DNA of 64,000 bases from Antedon mediterranea (Eukaryota > Animalia > Echinodermata): NCBI RefSeq assembly GCF_964355755.1, contig NC_092677.1, positions 9,198,101 to 9,262,100 on the forward strand, given 5' to 3'. Below the pieces are notes generated by a model. The model had not been told where the DNA came from and ran no database searches. It saw only the letters and a list, made by a program, of their open reading frames with translations. Below, piece by piece: positions 33,816 to 46,000 of this stretch. Every line of letters starts with the position of its first letter. The stretch's first letter is position 1. A program made the position numbers and the translations under genes.

Positions 33816-36800
33816 TTAACCCAACTTCACATCTATTGTCATTGCTCGTGCTGTTCCAACATCTGTAAACCAAAAATGCATAATGAAAGTTGGGCCTAAA
33901 GATGAGACAATCTGTAAATGGCAAAAAGTTGTAATGCTGAATAAAGATAAGCGTGAAATCTGTGAAAATAGTAGGCTTAACAAATTAGTGTAATGTATTT
34001 AATCGTAGTTTTACTCATATTTGAATAGAAATGTTTTAATTAAATATATATATATATGCTTAGTATGTATGTAATATTTTGTCGGAAATAATCATTTAAA
34101 AAGTGATTTTTGTTTCTTTATTGAAATTATATTTTATATGGGGTTATGCTTAAAAAATCTTCTTCTTTTCTTCATTTTTATTTGTTATATTGTCATTTGT
34201 TATATCATCGTACAAAGAAAATAAAAGAAGTTGTTGAAAGCCTCTAGAGCGACTATAGTTATGAAAAACAACTCAAAACTATGCGACTCAACTATATACT
34301 CACCTCCTTCAGACCAGTTTTCATAAGAGCGTGATTGACTATAAAGTATCTTTGGAGTGGCGTCATAACCTTCATAACAGCCAATCCTTGCTCTCTCAGT
34401 GATCAGTAGCCAGCCCCGATCATTCTCACATCCACCATATCCATGGTTAATATAAAATCTTCTGCTGCAAATATTATAATAATTCATAACATTAACACAA
34501 TTAAAACACAAACACACAGTAATAGTATATTTTTAATTTGGTTTTATCGAATTTCCGTTTTATCTGAGTATTACCTGTTTTAATCTAGTCTACCTTTATA
34601 TTTTTTTATATTGTAGGTTTAATTGTTTTAAGGATGCACCATTATTATGTGTGCCGCTGTTCAAAAAGCGTTTTCCAAATAAATTATTACATGTAGCTAT
34701 AAATAAAGCTCTGTCTACACTATTAACCTTACAAAATGGAAAGCTACCATGCTACCTCTGCCATTAATTTTAATTACTTAAATAGCCATACCTATTACGT
34801 GAATCTCCATTAATGCTGAAATAATTTGTACTTTCTGCTGGGAGATCATCCCACGATGATTCCTCAACATTTACGCTTGCAAACCAAGAAGTCATGGTTG
34901 AACCAACACCATTGAATAGCATCGATTTTACTTCAACATTAAACTGGGAATATAATGTCAGTTTTACCTAAAATAAATTACAAATAAAGATGTTGGTAAT
35001 AATTGCTTTCTTGAGATACTACCACCACACCACAAAAGTGCATCACTATCCACATTGCAACCACACAAACAGTCTAGAGGCCTTTTTTTGACTTATTATA
35101 ATGCATTGTTTTGTCTCCGGGCCTTGCTCAGGGGCCCCATCAGCTTGGAGGCCCTGGGTTTAGCCACTGAGCGAGCACCCCTAGCCATTATGCCACTGAG
35201 CATAATGAACAAGTGCCAGAATTTTGTGGTAGTGCCCTATCACTTTGACTTTGCAGCAAATTCAACATGTTCACAATTTCTAATTACGGATTCATTTATT
35301 TATTTACTTATTTATTAGCTAAGCAGTTAAGCTACTATTCCAAGATTGACAGAATTTACCTTCAAAATGTCAAATGATGACCAATTATTCAAGATGACAT
35401 CATTCCTGTAGTGCGTGTCACTGATCAGGTACTTGTGAGCATGGTAACTAGATGCTCCTGTACCAGAAGTCCATGCATCATAAATGCTAAATCCATTCAT
35501 GGATATCCCCTTGAAAATCCGAACCCATGGATTTCCTAAGAGATACAAGAGCATATAGAATGTGTTACTGTATGCAATAAAGCAGAGTTATTCATACAGA
35601 TCAGGGTCTGTATTTATCCATTTTTTTGGCATAAGTCAAGAATACTGTGGTGTAAAACTATCTATGGATAAGACTTCAGAAATCTAAGATTTGAAGAAAA
35701 AAATGTAAAAAATTTGCTTATGTTAGAAAAATTCCTGACTACCTAAGCTACTGGGAATCCGACATTGACATTATTGAAAAAATAAGGCATTTAAAAAATG
35801 GATTAGTTTAACAATTTTGAAAAGCCATTGGGAGCCTTGTTCATACAGCATCACTGGAAATCTTGTTGAGTCAACAACAATATATAGATATTTATAGGTC
35901 AGGAGTAGACTGAACCTGAGCAGCAGCAATTAATTTAAGAAATACAGTTATTTACCTTCCCTACAACCAATAAGCTCTCCACGAAAGCTTACATGATTGT
36001 TCCATTTGATCATGTTAAACTTAATTGCTGTAGTCTGTATAGGTTGCTGAAAGTAGTTAAGTCGATGTCCATTTTTGTCTAAGTTTCCATCAAAGATCTA
36101 AATAAGCATTAATTATAAGCCTGAATTATTTTCACTGAAAAGGCAACTTTTGTGGAAGCCTGGACCTAAAATAAATTTACTTCTAAAGAAGATGGATTGA
36201 CATTGCCCTATTGCCAATTAAAATAGATTACTCAGCATCAGTCTGGTAATAAAGGAATTGTGTTCTGCACGTAACAGTTCTGTCATGTATGTACATGTTT
36301 GTTTAATTTGGCACTAATGGTTGTTCATAGATAGAACAGTATACAATATTATGCTTTAATTCATGTTATTATTTTCTATTTATGTTAACTTATGTTTTGT
36401 TTTTGATTACAAATTGAAAATAACATTGAATAAAAATGTCTCTCTTACAGTACCTTTATTTTGCCATTTCCATCGGTTATGTACATTTCTCCAACCTGGT
36501 CAACTTTGAAATAACTCACAGTGTAAAGTTCTACCCACTCTGAAAATCCACTGTAGTCTGCTCCTTGGCTAACCACTCCTGTAAGTGTATGCTCAACTAA
36601 TAAGTCAATCTTAAGCCATTCATTCTGAAATGGTGCTTCTGCACTCCAGCCACCAAAACATCCATTTTCAGTAGGAAGATTTAGCCTTCCACAGTGAGCA
36701 AGCGCGTCACCACTGTGAATTGAACTAGCAGTGATCTGACCATCCAATATACTTCCCGATTCCATTCCGAGGCTACTTGAACATTCTACAGAAAGTAGAG

Positions 36801-39800
36801 AACATTATTAGAGATTAAGACATTAATATTATCCATTAACAAAACAATACTATGTGCAAGTGAAATTCAATAAATTTATTTCTTTAATTTCACAAGTAAA
36901 TGTAAAGATTATAAATATAGATGATAAAGAGGCAAAATACCCTAAAAGTAAAAATCAGCAAATATTATTTGTAATCGAATTAATAACTTAGGTCTTTTAT
37001 ATTTGAGAAAAGATGGAACCTAACTCATCCCCTCCCCCCCCCCCCCCACTGCCTTGGAGGATATTTATTCTCAGGTTGAATTAAAAGCAATATTGCTCTA
37101 TAAAAGGATATTACTAAAAAGAACAAAGGTAAACAGGCAAACAGGTAAAACAAAAACTCAGATCTCAATTAATAATAATACCTATTATGGTATAATATAA
37201 TTATAATGATTTCACTTAATATAATCAATGACGTATATGTTAAACCTACCATCAGTTGGGCAATATTTATCAACATATCCAGTTAAAATACAACGGCAAA
37301 CATATCCATTGCTATTGTCTGATGGCTCGCACACTTTACCCTTACCACAATCAACAATGTTGCATTGACTAAAGCTTCTCTGCAATATAAATATAAACAA
37401 TTAACATACCAATGAAAATTCAGTTATTTAAATGACTAAGAACCGAGAAAATATTTTGTCACTATACAGTAAACTCTAATATTATAATATTATTAATATA
37501 TCATTTATTATGTCCTCTTATTACAGGATTAGTAGAGAGATAATATTGAGGAGTAAGGCTGCAGTGGGAAAATTCACCTGGTTTAGCACTCCTTTAAGGG
37601 GGTTGAGACTAATGCTGGATAGTTTGAATAGGGCTGCACATGCTCTCAGACCGTTTAAGATCTGGGGCTTTGGGTTTAATAAGTTAGCAATCATAACCGT
37701 CCATTATGCTACTGTTATAGACATGTTTTCAATGATGAGACTGGGATTTATCCATAGAAATATTATATCACATATTTTTTTAAATTATTATATTTAATAT
37801 CTGTGTATGTATCACTGTTAAAGTGTACTAATATTTTGTTTATATTTGTATGTAGTTTAGTTGACTGCACCACTATTAAGTGTGTTGTCACTAATCCAAA
37901 CGCGTTTTTCAATAAAATTATTTATTTAATTATATAAAGTGTCAACATGAGTAGTCTATGTGCATTCTTTGTATCACATTGATGTTGCTGTCTAGTTCTA
38001 ATGCTAACGCTATTATGGATTTATTACCTCCGCCAAGGAGGTTAGTTGTCACCCCTGTATGTTTGTGTGTTTGTGTGTGTGTTTGTGTGTGTGTCTGTGA
38101 ACAGCCTGGAGGCCACAGTTTTTATCCGATTCTAACCAAATTTGGACACAATGATCTATGCCCAAAAAGCTTGGACGAGTTCGAATTTGAGGGGGAAAGG
38201 TCATAGGTCAAGTTCACAACTAACAAAAAACTATTTTACTGCCTAGAGACCACAGTTTTGAAACTTAGCCGCAATGATCAATGACACATCATATAATTGT
38301 GGTTAAATTTTGAAGGGTCAGGGTCAAAGATCAAGGTCCACAAAAAAAAAAAAATAAATAAAAAAATAATAAAAAAAAAAAAAACCCTCAGTGGGACTTG
38401 AACCAGCAATCTCAACTGTGAGAGGCTGGATACATAACCATTACACCACACTGTCATCCACAACTTTTTTGTGTGCAGTTAACATATTTACACATAGAAC
38501 TAATAAAAAAAAAAATATTCACGGGGAATTTTATGTAGGGGAATTTTACAGTAGGCGGAGGTTTGTACTCTCGGAGTACCCTCTAGTTACATTTGTTAAA
38601 ATTCCACTAGAAAATGTTACCTTTGTTTTAATATTCATTTCATAATAAGTGTGTCTGACGTCAGAAACAAAGTTGCCAGAGTCGCTGATCTTAGTGGCAT
38701 CATTCAATTCACATGACATTTCTTGTGCATTGTAATTTATTGACTGGCATAAGTGGTTGTCGATACAGTTTAATACGCATGAAGTTGAACTTCTCTCTGA
38801 CAATGTTGCAATGACGTTGTTTTGAAGTTGGTAATCCTGGTCCACTTCGGTTGACTTGAATGTGTCTGTAAAATAATAAATGGTAAGATCAAATATTGAA
38901 TATAGAAAATGTTAAGAATTTTTTGGCTAAATTTAGTTACATGTGGAAAATATGTTAACAAAGTTAACAAAAATAGGGCTTAATAATAGTGCCTAAATGA
39001 TAAATGTATACATTATAGTGATGTTTTTTCCATGTCAAAATAATCTGGGAAAAGTTTGCCCATAGCGAGAGACAAGAAAGTGTCCCGAAATCATTAGGCA
39101 GAACCTCCCGCTATTACTTTATTTAAAGTCTTTTTATACACAGAATATAGGGTCTAAGAAGCATCTTTTTAAAAAAAATATATAGTATAAGTTAAAAGTG
39201 TTAAAACTATACCATAGTCTGCTGTAATAGGTTCAATTGATATTACTCGTACTGAATAACTGATAAATTCAACTATTGACCCGATGTTGACATCCACAGG
39301 CATTGATTTTGATGATTTTACATACATTGAATCGGCAGAAATGGGTTTTGCATTAAAAATTTGATACAAAACACTGCCTGTAGTGGATGCATATCCGACT
39401 CTATCGCCAGCCAAAATCGGAATCTGTTCAGATTCTCCTAAAACATGTTCAACATTCATGTTTTTCTGGTCCAACGTCACAGTGATGGTTGTTTTTCCTA
39501 TCACCTCATGAGTACCTGCTGTCATGTCTATTGCTCTAAAAACGTAAGCAATAATATCCCCAGCTCCTGCTACAATAAACCGCCAGCCTCGTATGGTCCC
39601 TGCACTTCGGAATCTAGCCCAATCATTCATATAGATTACGTTGTTCTTAATTGTTTTAGTCGTTTGTTGTAAAACATGATTAAAGACTGGAAAATGTGGT
39701 GTCTCCAAATCTGTGAGGGAGAAAGTTGTAGAGTAGTCCTTAGTTTAAAGCTTTGTCTATACTATCAAATTTTATGTGACAAAAACATTTAATGTGCCCA

Positions 39801-40812
39801 TATATCTGGGCATGATGATGTCATATCACTAGCATATTTGGGCATATCACTAGCATATTTTTGCACATCACACTTTTTTTGTCAAACTAGTTTGACAGTG
39901 TAGACAAAGCTGAATTGAAAAATGATAATTTAGGATTCAGGTTTATACTATGACGATAATGAATGACAATAATTAAACAAATAAATATTCATTTAAACAA
40001 GAAAAGTTTAACCATTTTGACTGTCTTCGATAAAAATAATATTTTCATAAATCCAATTAAATGATGATGTCATGATCAACAATAACATTTATATGTTATG
40101 TCAATTTTTTCTGCAATGATTTTAGTTTGTTAATGTAGAAGATATTAGGCAGCCAATGTAATAAACAGTATGTATGATTACCCCAAAAATAGCTTATTGC
40201 ATAAAAAGGTAAAGAGTAAACAAAATATAGTTACTGCAGTAACTGCAGCAGAATAATTTTGACACAATGAAATGCTCTACCTTCAAGTAATGTCTGAAAT
40301 GAATACACACGCCACAAGCTGGAAGAGTCAAAGTCGAGTGATCCCAATTTGACTTGGATGTTTGTCGTTTCTGATAAATATTCACTTGTTGGGGTGCTGT
40401 CATCCACCTCATCATAATGCAATAGTCCATTTTTATGATGGAAACCAACAACGTCACCAGTAAACACTGGAATCCAATCAGATTTGCTTAGTATATGTTC
40501 GTGTATGCTATTCAACGGTCCCTTAATAGGAACATGAGTTCGACTTGCTATTAAATAAGGTGTTTTCTTAGAAGATTGTTCACGAAAAATCATCGCAACG
40601 AGCGTATCACTTTGCGTTGGAATAAAGCGCCATCCTCTTATGTAACCATTACACGTGATAGGGTTACCGATGTTCATTAACGTAAGTTCAGTGCCGTCGG
40701 CTGAAGATCTCGACATCACTTCAGGTCCATGGCTTTTTGGACATGTTTCCACAGCACTTGTTATGCCTAAAAGCAAAACAAAAACAATTAACAATATAAC
40801 ATAAAAATTCAT
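33816..40812 (-). CDS. Uncharacterised secreted mosaic protein: signal peptide, 2 unnamed beta-rich domains, PAN/Apple, EGF-like, F5/8 type C (discoidin), unnamed C-terminal domain; 10 coding exons
   Basis: Exons 40812-40281, 39710-39213, 38865-38621, 37379-37250, 36785-36454, 36097-35956, 35535-35360, 34967-34792, 34464-34304, 33862-33816 join in frame. PAN: CVLNCIDNHLCQSINY..CELN. F5/8C: CSSSLGMESGSILDGQITASS..WLKIDL..GVVSQG..FRGELIGC. C-terminal domain: RRFYINHGYGGCENDRGWL. Confidence 0.85.
38020..38588 (+). mobile_element. Helentron-associated non-autonomous element (HINE/DINE-1-like)
   Basis: 5' TTATTACCTCCGCCAAGGAGGT, a (GT)n microsatellite, the inverted sub-terminal repeat GGCGGAGGT at about 38554, a 3' hairpin GTACTCTCGGAGTAC and a CTAGTT end. 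Confidence 0.75.
38385..38455 (-). pseudogene. tRNA-derived (Glu-CTC-like) sequence inside the HINE
   Basis: A-box TGGTGTAATGG, loop CTCTCAC and B-box GGTTCAAGTCC, followed by a long T-run. The acceptor stem does not pair well. Confidence 0.55.
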
Positions 40813-43074
40813 CTGGTGAATATACTATACTACATATTCTTTCGATGGTAAAGTTGTTTATAGTATAGATCAAAAGTCTAAAGATGTATTATCCCCAAAA
40901 AACTTGAAAAATTAAGATTAATTAAATCATACTTTTAATAGTTATTTTGTAGTTTTAATAAAGTTAATCCCTTCTGTAAAAAAATAAATAAAAAAGGAAT
41001 GTTTTCTCATATACAATTACAAAAATAAATGGTCAAATTCAAAAATCCATTGACTATTTTTTGCCTTAAATTAAATTTTCAGGTAAATAATTCTTTTTTT
41101 TAAACTTTTTGTGGATAACTATTGTGACATTAAAATGGCATATTCAAAAAAAAATATCAAAACATTTTTTCAAATTATTTTTTTTACAGTAATTAATATA
41201 TTTTATAAAATATGAAATAAACCTTAAATGGCAGTTGCGACAAAACAATTGTTTATGTAACATATTATTTGAAACCCAAAATATATTCAGCTTTACTTAA
41301 AGGTTTTTAAAATATCAAACAACCTGAACCATAGTGTATTTTTGAAATGAAAAAATATCTAATAAACAATTAACTATTTTTGCCTTTAACTAATAGATTC
41401 CCTCAGTGTTATTAATAAAAAATAAACAATAAACCACACAATACTAATCCAATATATAATTACCTTTTTGCATAAATAAAACAGCAATAGATACAGTGAT
41501 TACAAAGTCATACATTGCGATACTTCAGAGAGAAAGTGTTGTGCAAACTTGTAATTATTCTGGAAACAACCTGAAATTGACGCACTATAAAGTGACAATT
41601 AATAACTAAAATATTCAAGACAGGATGTGAGGCATTACGTCAATAGTTACAAGAATGTATTGATTATTGGTATTTGTACAAATTAAATTGCACAAAATAA
41701 AGAACACATCTACTCTCTACAGTACTCGCTATAAATGTCTATCATTTAAATACACAGAATGTATAAATTGAGTGGTGAGAGAATTATATTTGAATAAATA
41801 TAAATAGTGTATTTTAACATATGGAAAATTCATCAAAGTTTTCTCAATTCTTACCAGATGTAATTATTGATTTTAAATGATTACCGTAATAATTTATAGT
41901 TGTACAGTAGTGTATTAATACTAGTTCACTAACTTACACTGATGCTGCAACGGAAGTGATCTGACCAATCAAAAGCAACGACTCTTCCATTGACAGACTG
42001 ACAGCTGAAAGATGTAGCTTGTGATAGGTCAAAACAAAGAGAAAGCCCTTTTCAGATTATCATATAAAGTTTGGTTTATTATTATTATTAGGGAAGAGTG
42101 AAATTACTTCCTGCTATTATTGTGTTCAATCAAGTGTGAATTGACAGTACAGTATTACAAAATATTGATGTGTATAACAGACAATGCACAATTGATCTTG
42201 AACATCTGTGTTAAAGTCTTGAAGATGAACTGGCTCTTCTCAGCTGTAAAATTAAACAATAATATTCAGTAATTACTGTTGCAGTTGATAAACAGAAATA
42301 AAACAATATTAATGGTATAATTATTGTTGATATAAAGTTTGCGATACACCATGTATTTTAGTTCTGAAAAGAACTGTTGAGTTTCTCGATCAATATGCCT
42401 TGATCGTCCTCAGGAGTGAGAATGTATATGTATGTATAATTATTACTTAACTGACACTCAATAAATTGAAAAAATTTGGATTTTAAATTTCTTCAAACCA
42501 ATAACAAAATGTTAATAAGAAAGGGGTTGCCGAGATGGGTGACCCCTTGAATCCACCTATGCTTACAAATAAAATGTTTAGGCTTTCGAGACAATATTCA
42601 AAGATAAAACAAATGTATAGTCATTGCCACTAGAATCTGTTTATTATTTGTCGCATTTTTCACAAATTACAAACAAAAACCAATTTAATATTTTAAGACA
42701 ATGTACTTAAAGTACTTGCGTTTTTTAGTATATACGGTACAATTATTTTAGTTAATTCGGCCAATTTTATGCCATTAATATTTTAATATATTTGGTCAAC
42801 TAATTTGCTTATTACATAATCATGATGTAATGAGTCAAATGTATTTAATTTTCTTTTCTTCGTATTTCTATCTTATTTTTCACAGACTTGAATAAATGAA
42901 TTAAAAATAAAGTAGATAAGATAAAAGTGTAATGTATGCAACTCTTTCTATTCAATTAGATTGTATAGTATTTGAAAGTTGTACTAAGCAATAATAACAT
43001 AAATAATAAAACAATATTTTAATAAAAAAGTTTCAATCATATAAAAGTCCAATAATATGTCAGAATGATTATCA

Positions 43075-46000
43075 TCAATTTTTAAGTTTAAGATTCGCGA
43101 ATTCTGTAGCCATCTTTAAAACTTGATCTATTGCTTCGATCTTGTCGCCGACTGCTTGAGCAGACCCGTCTTTCCCGCCACCTTTACCACCGATTACATC
43201 CGAAACATGTTTCACCCATTCATTAGCTTTTAATCCTTTACTAATTGTGCTCTAAAAAAAGAGAGATTAAATAATAAATAAATAAATTTTAATGAAAGCC
43301 TAAAAAAAGTTATCTCATTTAAACTTCATTTTTTAGTTTTAGAGATCTTAAGCAATAGGCTAACAAAAGTTTGTTAGCTTTACATTATTCAGATTATATG
43401 GATTAGGCCCCCAACAGCAAACCACAGCAACTAGTGAAGCGTCTACCATCAACATATTCTTCCGAAAGATGTACTGGGATCTTTAAAGTGCACACAAGCA
43501 AGATGTGTACACATATCGACCTCCACTTTTAAGTCCTTATCTGTGAACAATTGTTCTACCACCAGAACATGGTTGAGGAGAGCCCTTAACATGTGCCAAA
43601 TGTATGGCTACTATGGTTTGCAGTACCCCTGCCCTAACGGCCACTCGACTCGACGCGGGTATGGTATTGCAGAACAAAACAGTACAGTATTACAAAATAA
43701 TAAAACATACCTTTGGAACTTGGGCAAGACATAATATTTTACTATTTTCCTTGTCAACACTAACAAACATTGCTGGCGTTTCCTTGGCACCCTTCTGATA
43801 CTCTTTTAGAGCGCCATCTAGAGCTTTGTTGTTTGCTTCTACGTCGAGTTGGACAACAAGATATGGTTTGTCTTTGGAGTCTTCAACTAATTTTTTAGCT
43901 TCGTCTTTTCCCTTTAAAATAATTTCAAATCATTCCAATATTCAATTTGTAGTTGTCGGAAAAATTTAGTGTATATCAAAAAATATTTCTTTTAATTCTC
44001 TAGACTAGATGGTAAAATGTGGGACATTTTGGACAAAGCTTAGTTTTGGGAGAGCTACCAGTTTTCAGGCTTAGGCTTAAGTGTGTAGCTTAGGCCTAGC
44101 CTAGATTCTTAATTTTCTAAATGAAGGCTGGCGACCTAGTGATAAGACCCAGGCCAACCTGTATATTTAAGGCTTTATTTAAAATAACAAATAAAAACGA
44201 ATAATTCACAATTTGCAAATATAATTTTACTGAAATTCACTTTACTACATTCTCAAAAAATCATGGCGAGATCATTCTCTGGCATGATTTTGGTAAACTT
44301 ATGATATCATACTTCCACTGATACTTAATGTCAAAAGAGGGAACGCCATAATGCCACTGAACAAGGCTCAGATTTGCCAGTTGAGGTGCCAGTTGCCTAC
44401 AGCATATCATAAAAATGACGTAATAGGGTAGCAGTAGACAGGAACATCTAAAAGTCCCTATTGTTAAATGGAAGGCGAGTATAAATTAGGTGTACCCACA
44501 ATGCACCAGTACTTACTTTTTGTATAAGAGCTGCCTTTCTTGCCTTATCAAGGTCATCAAGAATCTTTTTAAGATCGGCCAGTTTTTGTCGCATCTCATC
44601 TTTGCTCCATTGTGAAATTGTTGCTATGTTTAAATCCTGCACGCAACAAAAGTAGTTGTAATAAAATAAGTAAATACATAATTTAATTTTGTTAATTTTG
44701 TATCCAATAAAAATTTATATTGAATATGGTGTACAATTGCACTCACGTTTCCAATATCCACAATTAGTTTTGTGAGTTCTTTCTTTGTGTAAGCACCAGT
44801 TTTTTCATTTTCTTTGATCGTTATACCAAGCTTGTCAATCTGTGAATCAAGACCTGCGGCACGTTTCACTGCTTTTTCACCTTCTTCACCGGTTACGGCC
44901 ACGATCCTACGAATACCCTTGGCTATGGCTTCTTCAGTGGAGATGACAAACTGACCAATGTCTCCAGCATTCTTAACATGTCTGTAAAACAGATTTTTCT
45001 GTTTACTTTAAAGGTTAGGTATACTGCTGTATGTATTTCGGTCTGGGTATGTATAAAGGGTCTTTTTAACAGAAACCAACAAATTATAAATTTTGAGTTA
45101 ATCTTTGCATTACATGGGTATATAAAGGTCAAAGGTTGCCATTTCCCTTTGGTGGAGGAAGTTAAATAAATCTTTAATTTACGGTTAAATCGCTCAAAGG
45201 TTAACGTACGTTCCACCGCAAAACTCAACAGATGTTAATGTTCCTGCTGGATTGTCCGGGTCTTCCACAAGAGTTTCCACAGGAATACCGATGGAAAGAA
45301 CACGTACTGGGTCTGGATATACCTGAACAACAATACCAATAATTAAATAACAAAATATCACTAACTGGGCTCTTATATCTTATCTTAACTTATTTTAATA
45401 AAAGATTATCCACATATCTCATCAAAATCTGTATATTAAAAATATATATTTACTCATATTTATGTGTAGTGTGTTAGACGAAAATTCTGTGTAATCAATA
45501 GGACCTTACCTCATCAAAGACTGCTCTCAGGCCTTGAATAGCTTTGGCAAGAGCCAGGGGAACATTCTTATCGTAAACAGTCTCTCGTTTTTTAATTATT
45601 TCATTTGCAATCTGTTCTGCTTCCTTTATCTGAGCTGTAGTCATTGCACCCTTGAAAGAAAGGTTCATATAAGGTAATAAAAACATACAAAAAAGGTTTA
45701 AAAAATATAGAGCATAGGATATAATTTTTTAAATGTATGTACATTGGTATTCTTGTTTTTCTATCTTTTGACTTCGAAGTTTGAATTTGATCTACACCTT
45801 GTCTATGCTGGTCACACATGTTTTGGTTCGTCTTACCTTAGCAGAGAAGTCAAATCGTAGCCGATCTGGAGCTACCAAAGACCCTCTTTGATCCGCCTCA
45901 CCGAGCACTTTCCTGAGGGCAAAGTTCAGGACGTGTGTAGCAGTATGGTTGCTCATAACAGGCCTTCTACGAATCTAAATACAAAACAAAATCTTCAATT

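Noticed and set aside
37510-37797. 95-aa ORF in an intron of the mosaic gene
   Set aside because: No recognisable motif or splice support; probably a repeat remnant.
38385-38455. Functional tRNA gene
   Set aside because: The acceptor and anticodon stems pair poorly and it is embedded in a mobile element, so it is kept only as a tRNA-derived sequence.
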